The notes beneath the pieces are model-generated. The model searched no databases, was not told the origin of the DNA, and saw only the letters and a list, made by a program, of their open reading frames with translations. A stretch of 64,000 bases of DNA from positions 188,418,001 to 188,482,000 of the forward strand of contig NW_027362768.1 in the NCBI RefSeq assembly GCF_046119375.1, written 5' to 3'. The position numbers and the translations under genes are program-made. This DNA comes from Phyllobates terribilis. Lineage: Eukaryota. Shown piece after piece: positions 14,813 through 26,900 of this stretch; the stretch's first letter is position 1; the number at the start of each line of letters is the position of its first letter.

Positions 14813-14964
14813 TTATACATTCCGAGTCTCCACCTCAATCTTCTCCTCCGAGGGTCCGCTTTCAGTGACTGGGACAGTTTGTCTTAGGGTTATCTCGGGA
14901 CCGCCATTGTAAATGGAGTGGAGGAAATTCCAGGTTTCTTCTGATATCTGCCCCGAATCTGCTC
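14813..14964 (-). CDS. USP33: USP33 coding exon 23 (terminal, stop TAA at 14813-14815)
   Basis: [29 protein letters not shown]...[11 protein letters not shown]; tccag acceptor. Confidence 0.93.
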
Positions 14965-17900
14965 CTGGAAGTCACAAATTCAAGAAATGACACCTGTGAG
15001 ATCACATCTATAGGGGCTAAATGCCAACACACAGACCCCGAACCAAAGGGATGATGTACAATTAATGCAAAATATATACAGGTCTAAAAAGTAATAAATC
15101 TGTCAGGACAGAAAAGCCTAAACACCAAGCGATAAAAGCGCAGCTCATACAAGCTCTGTCATAGTGCCCCACCTCATCCCAAACCTTATCAGTGTCTTCA
15201 TCCTAACCCTAACCCATCTCTTCAACCTGTTATTAACAACTGGTGTCTTCCCCTCATACTTCAAACACGCCTCGATCACACCCATCCTCAAAAAGCCCTC
15301 CCTGGAACCATGCCTCAAAACTACTGGAACAACACATCCATTCTGAACTGTCCTCCCACCTCTCCTCCTGCTCCATCTTCAACCGCTTAGAATTTGGCTT
15401 CCAACTGCATCACTCCACTGAAACTGCCCTGACTAAGGTCACCAACGACCTACTGACCGCCAAATCCAAGCGACACTACTCTGTCCTCCTCCTCCTAGAC
15501 CTGTCATCTGCCTTCGACACAGTGGACCATTCCCTCTTACTACAGACTCTCTCATCACAGACTTGGCCCCATCTTGGATCTCTTCATACCTAACAGACCA
15601 GACATTCAGTGTCTCCTCATCTCACCCCCTATCTGTCGGTGTCCCCCAAGGTTCAGTTCTAGGACCGCTGCTCTTCTCCATCTACACCTTTGGCCTGGGA
15701 CAGCTCATAGAGTCTCACGGCTTTCAGTATCACCTCTACGCTGATGACACACAGATCTACCTCTCTGGACCCGATATCTCCTCCCTACCAACCAAAATCC
15801 CACAATGTCTGTCCGCCATCTTATCCTTCTCTGCTAGATTCCTAAAACTTAATATGGATAAAATTGAATTCATCATCTTTCCGCCATCTCATTCAACCCC
15901 CCCAACTGACCTATCCATTAAAGTCAATGGCTGCCCACTCTCCCCAGTCCCACAAGCTCGCAGCCTTGGAGTAACCCTGGACTCTGATCTCTCCTTCACA
16001 CCACATATCCAAGCCCTTTCAACTTCCTGCCGACTCAAACTCAGAAATATCTCCCGGATCCGCACATTCCTCAGCCATGAATCTGCAAAAACAATAGTGC
16101 ACGCCCTCATCATCTCCCGGCTTGACTACTGCAACCTCCTGCTCTGTGGTCTCCTCTCTAACACGCTCGCACCCCTCCAATCCATCCTAAACTCTGTTGC
16201 CTGACTAATCCACCTGTCCCCCCGCTATTCCCCGGCCTCTCCTCTCTGTCAATCTCTCCACTAGCTCCCCATTACCCAGAGACTCCAGTTCAAAACCCTA
16301 ACGACGACATACAAAGCCATCCACAACCTGTCTCCTCCATACATCTGTGACCTAGTCTCCCGGTACATACCTGCACGCAACCTCCGATCCTCACAGGATC
16401 TCCTGCTCTACTCCCCTCTTATCTCCTCTTCCCACAATCGCATACAAGATTTCTCCCGTGCTTCCCCCCTACTCTGGAGCTCTCTACCCCAACACATCAG
16501 ACTCTCGCCTACCTGGAAACCTTCAAAAGGAACCTGAAGACCCACCTCTTCCGACAAGCCTACAACCTGCAGTAACCCTCGCTCCACCATACCGCTGCAC
16601 GACCAGCTCTACCCCCACCTACTGTATCCTCACCCATCCCTTGTAGACGGTGAGCCCTCGCGGGCAGGGTCCTCGCTCCTCCTGGACCAGTCGCTGACTC
16701 ATTTTGTTCAAGATTATTGTAATTGTTTTTGTGCGTATATCCCTATCACATGTAAAGCGCCATGGAATAAATGGCGCTATAACAATAAATATATAATAAT
16801 AATATTATTAATTATTATTATTATTATTATTATTATTAATATAGTGCTGCTCTGAAGCGGCCATATCGCTGGACGCAGAGGGCTCCTCCGATGTCTCCAC
16901 TTGTAGCATAAAATGGTGCACAATTCGGGCCCAGAGTGCAACCATGACACTGATCCAAACTGAGAATCAGTCAGGAGCTCCCTGAATCCCCCTCCCCACC
17001 AGCATGACGAAAGCCGAGAGCCATGGGAGCGGAGCGCCCCCGAAAATACATCATAGCGTAACAACCCCATCACAGCATACGTCCGCCTGATAGACTTTGG
17101 ACCTCAAGACTTTCCCTTTAAGATCAAAACGACGTCAAGTCAAAACAATAAGTAAGACGTTGTCACCTTGCTTCAGAGTGATATGTCCGCACTTAGTGAC
17201 TGCGATTTTGGAATTATCAATTGCACCAGGGGGATCTGAAAAATGCAAAAAAAAAAGTAGAATTCAGCAAAATATTTCTTATGTCCTGATGACATATGAC
17301 ATTGCCACCTCGCCGCCGCAGCCACCCCCCCCATGCGAATGTGGCCCCACCATCTGCGCCCCTACATGTGGCCTGAATGACCTCTACTATGGGACATAAA
17401 TTCTGCACCAATAGGTCGTATTTCATATGCAATGAAAAGGGACTGACCAAAATATATTTATTTTGGAGGAAAAGGCAAAAAAAAAAAAAAACACGCTTAC
17501 GGCCTCTATGGCGTTTCCCATCGGCCTTTTTACACCTCCCTGCAGCTGATCACATGACACAGCAGCTAGTCAGCGATTGGTTGCAGTCATATAACAATTA
17601 TAATTTATGCAATATTTTATTTTTTTTTCCTATTTCTTCTTTTTGTTATTTCCGTCTCTCCATAAATGAAGTGCGAGCTGACAGCGAGACGTCCCTTCTT
17701 CGGACACTTACCGACGTCCTTGCCCTTTACGAAGCCTTCCCACTCCCGGAACCAGTGCATGCTGATGCAGTAAATCACCGCCAGAGAGTCCTCTTCTTGG
17801 AAAGCTTTATTTAGCTGTGGAAACACAGACATTAAGCTTTTAGCGGATTACTGAGGCCAGAGAGCGTCCATTAGAGCGCGCGGAGCTGTCAGAAGTGTAA

Positions 17901-20900
17901 TTACAGGGCGTCGTTTAGCTGGAGACGTTCACACTCTGTAGGAGGGGATTACACAGAGATCATAGACGCGCCGTCACCCCGATCCCCCCCAGCTCTCAGA
18001 GGGTTCACATCAGAGGCCGCACTTCAATCACTGAGCCCGAGCCGCGACTGATTGATCTAAGATCCTGCAGAAGAAATGAAGAAGATCTCCAGACTGTGCA
18101 AAACCGCCACAGACTGATGGGACCTCGGGGGAGAAAGCGGCACTTGCCCTCCTGTCTGACAAAGTGCACGCGCCCAGTGACAGCAGGAAGAACGACAAGA
18201 GCCTATACTGCCCCCTGTGGCCCCAGGACTGTGATACAGGAGCAGCTCTTCACGATATCACCCTTCCTCAACAATCACAGCTGGCTACTGTCAGATCTAA
18301 ACCGCAGGAAAGAGGCGACACAGGAGCTTTTCTTCATGTCATCACCTCAGCTTCTCATTGTCAGCTTCACCCCTGTGCAGCCTTCTCCAACCTCAGGAAT
18401 GTAGTGAAGAAGCTTTTTCTCATGTTATCACCCCTTATCGACCACAGCTTGCTACTGTCACTTCTCCCGTGTCCCCAAGGGGGAGTAGTAAGAACAAGAA
18501 CGCCTCTTCTCGCTTTATAGTCATAGTCTTCTACTGGCTTCTGCTGCTGTACGATGTCAAGCATGTGATCAGAACTTTTCTCCATGTTACCACCCCTGAC
18601 CCTAATAAGCAGTGCTTCCCCTGTATAGTCTTTAGTGACCTTAGGGATGGGGGATGGTAAAAATCTACTATTCTTCAGGTTAGTGACTAATCACAGCAGG
18701 TTGAAGCTTCAGAGACTGGGAGTTCTGTGGAAACTGTTTGGGTAAGAATACAAGGAGAGAACAACGGAAAGGACACCATTGTAGGCATTTACTACAGGCC
18801 ACCTGGGCAAGCTGAAGATATGGATGAACTCTTTATGTATCAAATGACCAAAGTTCTCCAAAAAATATGACGTAGTGGTCATGGGAGATTTCAACTATCC
18901 AGACATTTGTTGGGAATCTCTCTCAAGTAAAACTAACAGGTCAAGAAAATTCTTATCCTCTCTTGCTGACAACTTTATCTTCCAAAAGGTAGGGGAGAAA
19001 ACAAGGGGATCTGCTACTTTGGATCTAATCCTTATAAAACAGGGAGGAAATGGTTGAGGAGGTAAAGGTGGCTGGGACCCTAGGAGGCAGCGATCATGCT
19101 ATTCTAGAATTTTGGATAACTAGAGGAGGAAGACATGTGAAGACTCAAACTTCAAGGTTAGATTTTAGAAAGGCAGATTTTAAGAGACTCAGAAAGAGAA
19201 TAGGAGGGATCCAATGGCTGGATGTCCTTAAGGACAAAAATGTCCAGGAAGGATGGGAAATTTTTAAAAATGAGATTCTCAAAGCACAATCGTTAACAAT
19301 CCCGAAAAGTAGGAAGAATGGGAAGCATTTAAGGAAACCAGGATGGATGAACACAGAACTTAAACACATGCTAAAAAGAAAGAAAGAAATGTTTATTAAA
19401 TGGAAAGAGGGAGGCATATCTAAAGAAGATTATAATGCAGTCTGCAGATCCTGCAGGGCACGTATCAGGTTAGCTAAAGCTGACAATGAATTAAGGCTTG
19501 CAAGAGATGTCAAAAGCAATAAAAAAGGATTTTGGGGGTATGTCAAAAGTAAAAGAAAAGTCAAAGATGCTATAGGATTTTTACAGGATGAAAATGGAGA
19601 AATGGTAAGAGAGGATGTTGAGAAGGCCGAACTTTTTAATTCCTATTTTGCATCTGTTATCTCTCAGAAAGAAAATGTAACATCAACTGATCTTCACTGT
19701 CCTTTTAAAGGAATAGAGGAATCCAAGTTATCTGTAAACAGAAAGATTGTGAGGGAATATTTAGCTAACATAAATGAGTTCAAGTCTCCAGGTCCAGATG
19801 AATTACACCCCAGAGTACTGAAGGAGATCATAGAAGAAATTTTAGAACCACTCTCCATAATCTTTGAAAATTCTTGGAGAACAGGAGAAGTCCCAGAAGA
19901 CTGGAGAAGAGCAAATGTTGTTCCTATCTTCAAAAAGGGGAAGAAGGTGGACCCAGGGAACTATAGGCCGGTGAGTCTGACTTCTATACCAGGAAAGATC
20001 TTTGAACAAATTATTAAACAACATGTATGTAAGTACCTGGATAAGAATGAAGTGATTAACCAGAGTCAGCATGGGTTTGTAACTAACAAGTCATGTCAGA
20101 CTAACTTAATTTCCTTCTATGACAGAATCACTGACTGGGTGGATCAGGGAAATGCTGTAGATATAGTATATCTGGACTTCAGCAAAGCATTTGACAAAGT
20201 ATCTCACACCATCATTATTGAAAAAATGACCAAGTATGCAATGGACCAGGCAACTGTTAGGTGGATTCATAACTGGCTTAGTGATCGGACTCAAAGGGTG
20301 GTTGCAAATGGCTTCACATCCAGCTGGATGAATGTCTCAAGTGGGGTACCACAGCATACAGTCTAGATCACGTGAAGTCATTATCGGTCTTTACTCCTCT
20401 TTGGTCAGACCTCATCTGGAATACTGTGTACAGTTTTGGGCACCACATTTTAAAAAAGACATAGACAAACTGGAGCAAGTTCAGAGAAGAGCAACCAGAA
20501 TGGTGACTGGTCTGCAAACCATGTCCTATGAGGAACGGTTGCAGGATTTGGGAATGTTTAGCTTGCAAAAAAGAAGACTGAGAGGAGACTTAATAGCTGT
20601 CTACAAATATGTCAAGGGCTGTCACATTGTAGAAGGATCATCTTTATTCTCATTTGCACAAGGAAAGACTAGAAGCAATGGGATGAAACTAAATGGGAGG
20701 AGACAGATTAGATATTAGAAAAAACTTTTTGACAGTTAGGGTGATTAATGAGTGGAACAGGCGGCCACGAGAGGTGGTGAGTTCCCCTTCAATGGACGTC
20801 TTCAAACAGAGGCTGGACAGACATCTGTCTGAGATGATTTAGTGAATCCTGCTTTGAGCAGGGGGTTGGACCAGATGACCCAGGAGGTCCCTTCCAACTC

Positions 20901-23900
20901 TACCATTCTATGATTCTATGATATCCCCCCACAGTATAACCAGCAATACCAATGGGTTATACAGGAACCTTTTTTCATGTCATCATCCCCATGACCAATC
21001 CAAACTTCTGTCAACTACATCCCTGCAGAGTTTCCAGTGACCCAGGAGGGAGATACAGGAACTTTTCTTCATGTTATCACCCCCTCCCAATCAGAAACTG
21101 TTACCGTTATGTGTGATTAGCAAACCGTGCCAGGATTCGCTGTCCGTCATGTACAGGAAAATAAACCCCATAAATGAAAAACTACAAGTAAAAATAAACT
21201 CTGTTTACCCGAATGAAGGTCTCCAGTTCCATTTTTCGCCTTTTTTCAATCTTCTCTAGTTCGGTCTGACAGGTGTGACATACATAAAGGTGGTTGACAG
21301 CAGGGCCCCCTCCGAATCTTCACGGGCAAGACAGAAGAGACCAATATGAAAAAAAAAAACGTTTTATAATTGCAAAATAATGCACAGAAACCTCAACACA
21401 AGAACCAGCCACAAAGAATAAACCTCCAGCATCATGTCCTGTTTAGGTAAGAGGTGATTCATTTAACACACCCCAATAACCCCTGCGTGAGTCATCATTT
21501 GCCATTCAGTAGGTTGGGGAAGCCGGGTGACCAGCCACTCAGCGCCTGTGGCTATGCCAGACGTGTATGAGATGGGAATACCCCTTAATGCCGGCCATAC
21601 AATAATTCGTAAGCTCATTCGTCGCTGCGCAAAGTTTTGAATGATCGGCTGAGACTTTCCCACGTGACAGGATACATTCTGGCCGCCATCACTCGCTTAA
21701 AATATGATCATAAGAGTTGAAAAAGTCAAATTGTTCAATGTCAGCCGGCTTTTATCTTCTGTGTATATCCGGCTCCAATCCCTGAAAATCTTCTGCCTGT
21801 GAAATCCGAGAATAATGAGAAGCTGCAAATCGAAGGCGGCATAATCACATCTAATCCATTCAAGTCAGAACAAAAAAGGTACGAGCGCAGCTCCGAGGGA
21901 GCGAACTGCAGAAAAAAAGATCCTAAAATATCTGACACGCGAACGTGCCCGAAGCACAGCAAGATAACGGGGGAAAATCGCTGCTCCGCAGGATTCTCTG
22001 TAGGATCAGAAATCCTGTAGAAATCCCATAAAAAAATAGAAGGTTATTTTCACGGTGATCGGATCCATCTTCAGCCAAAGAAGCAAAGACAAGGGACAGG
22101 GTGTAATGGGGTGATGCTGCGCCGCTCCTTTCTGCACCCGGTGCGGGCGAGCTTGCGCCAGCTGATACCTGCGCACTCGTCAGGTATCGGGCACCTTTGC
22201 TATGCAGAAGTGAGCAGCGCCAAACAACCATTTTGCCTATTTGTCCTACTGCAACCAGCGCAGAGGGGAGAGGCTCCTGCTGCAGCCAGCCAGGACCGCA
22301 AAGAGGAGAAGGGGGCGGGCATGGCTGTTCCGGGAGACACAGAAAAGGCACAAAATAATTCAAAGAGAAAAAAAAAAAAAAAAAATTTACATGCTGGGAA
22401 ATTTTGCTTTATATTTTTTTTGTGCATTTTCTATGTCTCAGATTTGAGATGCTGCTGGAAAACGACTGCTTACATGGTGGTTGACACAATACAAACCTGC
22501 CATATAAATAATCCCATATATTCTGCGGCAGCATCACAACGAGGTCTTCAATGAATCCGGCCTTTCGTGGAGGAACGCCTGCACAACACACAAAAAGTTA
22601 GGTGGGAATGATGACTGAAATCTACATTGGCCGCGTTTTCACGCTGCGACCACAATGTATTTGCGAGTCTGTGCCGCCTGCAGCGGTCGCACGATTCTGC
22701 ACCTAAATAGATGTAGGATATGGGCATTAGACGCAGCGGCTGCTGTAGGGCCCGGGCCTCGTGCAGCAGCCCATGAATGAACGCCACCAGATACCAGTAA
22801 CAGCCCAGACTACGAGTCTGGAAAAATCCCAGCAAAAACCCCTAAAGGGCTCGTCACTTAGTGGCCATATGAAATTACTGATGAGACGCTGCACCTGGAA
22901 GCCCCTCCGCCTACTGCTCGCTCAGACTCCATGCAAACTCGTACGGGCAACCATGCATCACTATGAAAACGACTCCAATATCTGCAGATCCACGGCGATT
23001 AGTGAAGCCGTAAAAAAAAGCAATATTCCAACTATACAAATAGTGCACAGAACGTACCGCCGTGCACGCAGAGGAAGTCGTTATTGGATATGGGCCCCGG
23101 TTCTGCGAAACTCTTAAACTTATTGAGCCACTGGCGAGAGACGTAGAACTGCAGGAGGCTGGGCTCCGCCAGGTTCAGCAGACTCGTCACCCGTCTCCGC
23201 TCCTTCTGAGCGTCTTCACTGGACTTTCTGGAAAAGCAGAAAAACAAAAAGGTTTCTGGGCTGCAAATCTTCGAGCATATACAAGGCTGGTCACTAACCA
23301 GCGGCTCTCCAGCTGCCGGAAACCTACAACTCACAGCAAGGGGGAAAGTTGGGGCGCCGCACCGACCGGGGGCACCGCTCCAACTGTTTGACATTTTCCA
23401 AGTTTCCCATCTCTTGTCCCGAGTCCGTACATGACCGCTCTACACAATACACGTTTTTTATATTATGGTAAATTTTGGAGATTTTGCAGGTCCAGGATGT
23501 CCTTGCATTTTCAGGGCTGCTTATACTGGCGGCCAAGGCTCTGCAGTAGTAGCGGTGATAGTTTCCTATATATCTGGACAATTTCTCGGACATGTGCAGT
23601 GGTTCGGCCCGTCACCCTCCCGTACTTCTATTACAGTACTTCGGACAAATTTGGGGCAAGCACAGAAGTCAAAGTTTTCTTATTCACTTTACCAAACATT
23701 AAGATCAGCTCCCGTTACTTAGTACACTGTAAGAGTTCAGGGCGAGTTCAGACGGGACAGAATGTGCTGCAGATTCTGTTGCGGATTTTGGAGCAGATTT
23801 TGCATTGCAGAGACTGATATCTTGGTAACAAGAAATTGACCTGTGAGGTTTTTAATTTATTTTTCCGCTGATGGAGCTGCACGACGAGCCGTCTATGATC

Positions 23901-26900
23901 GACCCCATTTTGGGGTACGACTTTATTTTAGATTTTGATAGATTGGACTTTTATGAGTGCGGTGATACTAGATAGAATTATTTTGCGGTTTTTATTTTTA
24001 AAACTAGAAAAAGTGGGAAGATTAGTATTTTTTTTTATACTGTTTTCTAAAACTTTTACATTTTTAAAAGTTTACTTTTTAGAACTCTGGAGGGACTTAA
24101 ACTTGTAACTATTTTATATTTTCAATACTACAGCATGGAAGTGTATAGAGAGAAAATGATGTCCGTTCATAGGAAGATACATAGCAGAACCAAGATGTCT
24201 GGCTGCCAGGACAAAACACTGCAGGGGCCGATAGGAGCCGGCGCACATGTACCAGCACCCCGGCCATTGAAATGCCGCAGTGATTGGTCACTGTTCATAA
24301 ACTGCATCCTGGTATTGCAACTAATCCCTGGAATGTGCTGAGCTGTAATATTAGACACAACCTGAGGACAAGGGTGGCGCTGTTCATAGAAAAAAAAACA
24401 GACTCTCCAGATAAACGCTGTAAACACCATGCTAAATATTCCTCCGGCACAATAATGACACTAATGGTAATCAGCTCTGCTGTATTTAGTGCAGACGGCG
24501 ATGCTACAATATCCCTCTTTTCCATGCAGACGGTGGTGTCTTCATTCCAGCTCTTTGCTAGTCCTTCTCTGAGAGGCGACATAGTCGGACTGGTAATTTC
24601 ACTGTCTGCAATAACACAGATGATGTCCGTCCTCCAGTTCGCTCTGTATAAACACTAGAATCGCTCCGTCCACCAGGTGACCAGGAAAGGGTTAATATCG
24701 AGAGCAACAAGAATCTGACAATCCGGACTATAAGAGGAAAGAAACCCGACAATGAGGGCGGGCAGGTACCTGTAGAAGAGCACATACGCCTCCGCGTTCT
24801 GCACGGTGGTCTCCGACACTTCGGTGACACTTTGGTCGTCAAATTCGTACCAGAGATTGTTCAGGTTGTTGCGACAATAAGCGATGTAGTGTCCGCCTGG
24901 ATGATAAAGGGTTAATCAGCAGAATGAGCGCAGCTCTGCAGCATCTGCACATATTCACAATGCAAAGAGTGAGAAAAACCTGCAAACATTACTGATGTAA
25001 TAAACTGATGGGGCCGGTGTATTACGTCCCCGCTCCCACCACCTCCCCCAGTGTATTACATCCGGCCCAGTCCCCACCACCTCCCCCAGTGTATTACGAC
25101 AGTCCCCACTCCATCCCCCAGTGTATTACGACAGTCCCCACCCCGTCCACCTCCCCCGGTGTATTACGTCAGTCCCCACCCCGTCCACCTCCCCCGGTGT
25201 ATTACGTCAGTCCCCACCCCGTCCACCTCCCCCGGTGTATTACGTCAGTCCCCACCCCGTCCACCTCCCCCGATGTATTACGACAGACCCCGCCCCGTCC
25301 ACCTCCCCCGGTGTATTACGACAGTCCCCGCCCCGTCCACCTCCCCCGGTGTATTACGACAGTCCCCGCCCCGTCCACCTCCCCCGGTGTATTACGACAG
25401 TCCCCGCCCCGTCCACCTCCCCCGGTGTATTACGACAGTCCCCGCCCCGTCCACCTCCCCCGGTGTATTACGACAGTCCCCGCCCCGTCCACCTCCCCCG
25501 GTGTATTACGTCAGTCCCCGCCCCGTCCACCTCCCCCGGTGTATTACGACAGTCCCCACCCCGTCCACCTCCCCCGGTGTATTACGACAGTCCCCACCCC
25601 GTCCACCTCCCCCGGTGTATTACGACAGTCCCCACCCCGTCCACCTCCCCCGGTGTATTACGACAGACCCCACCCCGTCCACCTCCCCCGGTGTATTACG
25701 TCAGTCCCCACCCCGTCCACCTCCCCCGGTGTATTACGTCAGTCCCCACCCCGTCCACCTCCCCCGGTGTATTACGTCAGTCCCCACCCCGTCCACCTCC
25801 CCCGGTGTATTACGACAGACCCCACCCCGTCCACCTCCCCCGGCGTATTACGACAGTCCCCACCCCGTCCACCTCCCCCGGCGTATTACGACAGTCCCCA
25901 CCCCGTCCACCTCCCCCGGTGTATTACGACAGTCCCCACCCCGTCCACCTCCCCCGGTGTATTACGTCAGTTCCCACAGCGACCACCTCCCCCGATGTAT
26001 TACTACAGTCCCCACCCCGTTCACCTCCCCCGGTGTATTACGACAGTCCCCACCCCGTCCACTTCCCCCGGTGTATTACGACAGTCCCCACCCCGTCCAC
26101 TTCCCCCGGTGTATTACGTCAGTCCCCACCCCGACCACCTCCCCTGGTGTATTACGTCAGTCCCCACCCCGACCACCTTCCCCGGTGTATTACATTTGGC
26201 CCCACCACTTCCCCCTCCCCTGAAATATTACATCTGGCCCCGAACCCATACATACACATCTGCTCATCCTGCCTGCCATTTTTTGTACGCAGCTCCTATG
26301 CGGATTTATGTCTCCATAGTTACACACAGTGTGATTGGTTTATTTTACGCGCACTGAGAATCAATCATTCGCCGTCCTACTTTTGTGCTATAAACACCGG
26401 CCGGCAGCTTTGTCGCTGCTGCAGAGGTGATGACAGATACTCACTGCTGGCCGTGCCGTGGTGGCAGATGACAGACAAGAGGTCGTAGGTGACGATCTGG
26501 TTGGGACTGTCCTTTGCAAGGAACGGCTGCAGGTCCAGACCCTCCAGCGGGAACGACACGTGGGTCCCGATTTTGGTGGAGAACATGAGCTCATGTCTGA
26601 ACCTCTTCAGGTGGATGCTCAGGATCTGCGAGACACAGATATTAATGGCGGCGTCAATTCATCCTTTATTGCATTTGTTGGATAAAGTATGTGGAAAGCA
26701 GGGAGTGCGGGGAAAAGGGACGGACGACAGCCGATTCACCCTGCGGATAGAGGCCCAGATGTGAACCTGCAGAAGCATCCAACAAATGCGATAGAACGGA
26801 TTATAAAGAACGGTGAGTGCAGCCGCCATTATCTTTATTCATTTTACAATACAATGTGCTGAAAAAAAATCCCTGTGCCAGGCCTTGCTATAGTGTAGTA

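Noticed and set aside
25008-26488. Extensin-like or proline-rich ORFs
   Set aside because: The same 38-aa repeat occurs in all three frames, as expected from a 38-bp DNA unit.
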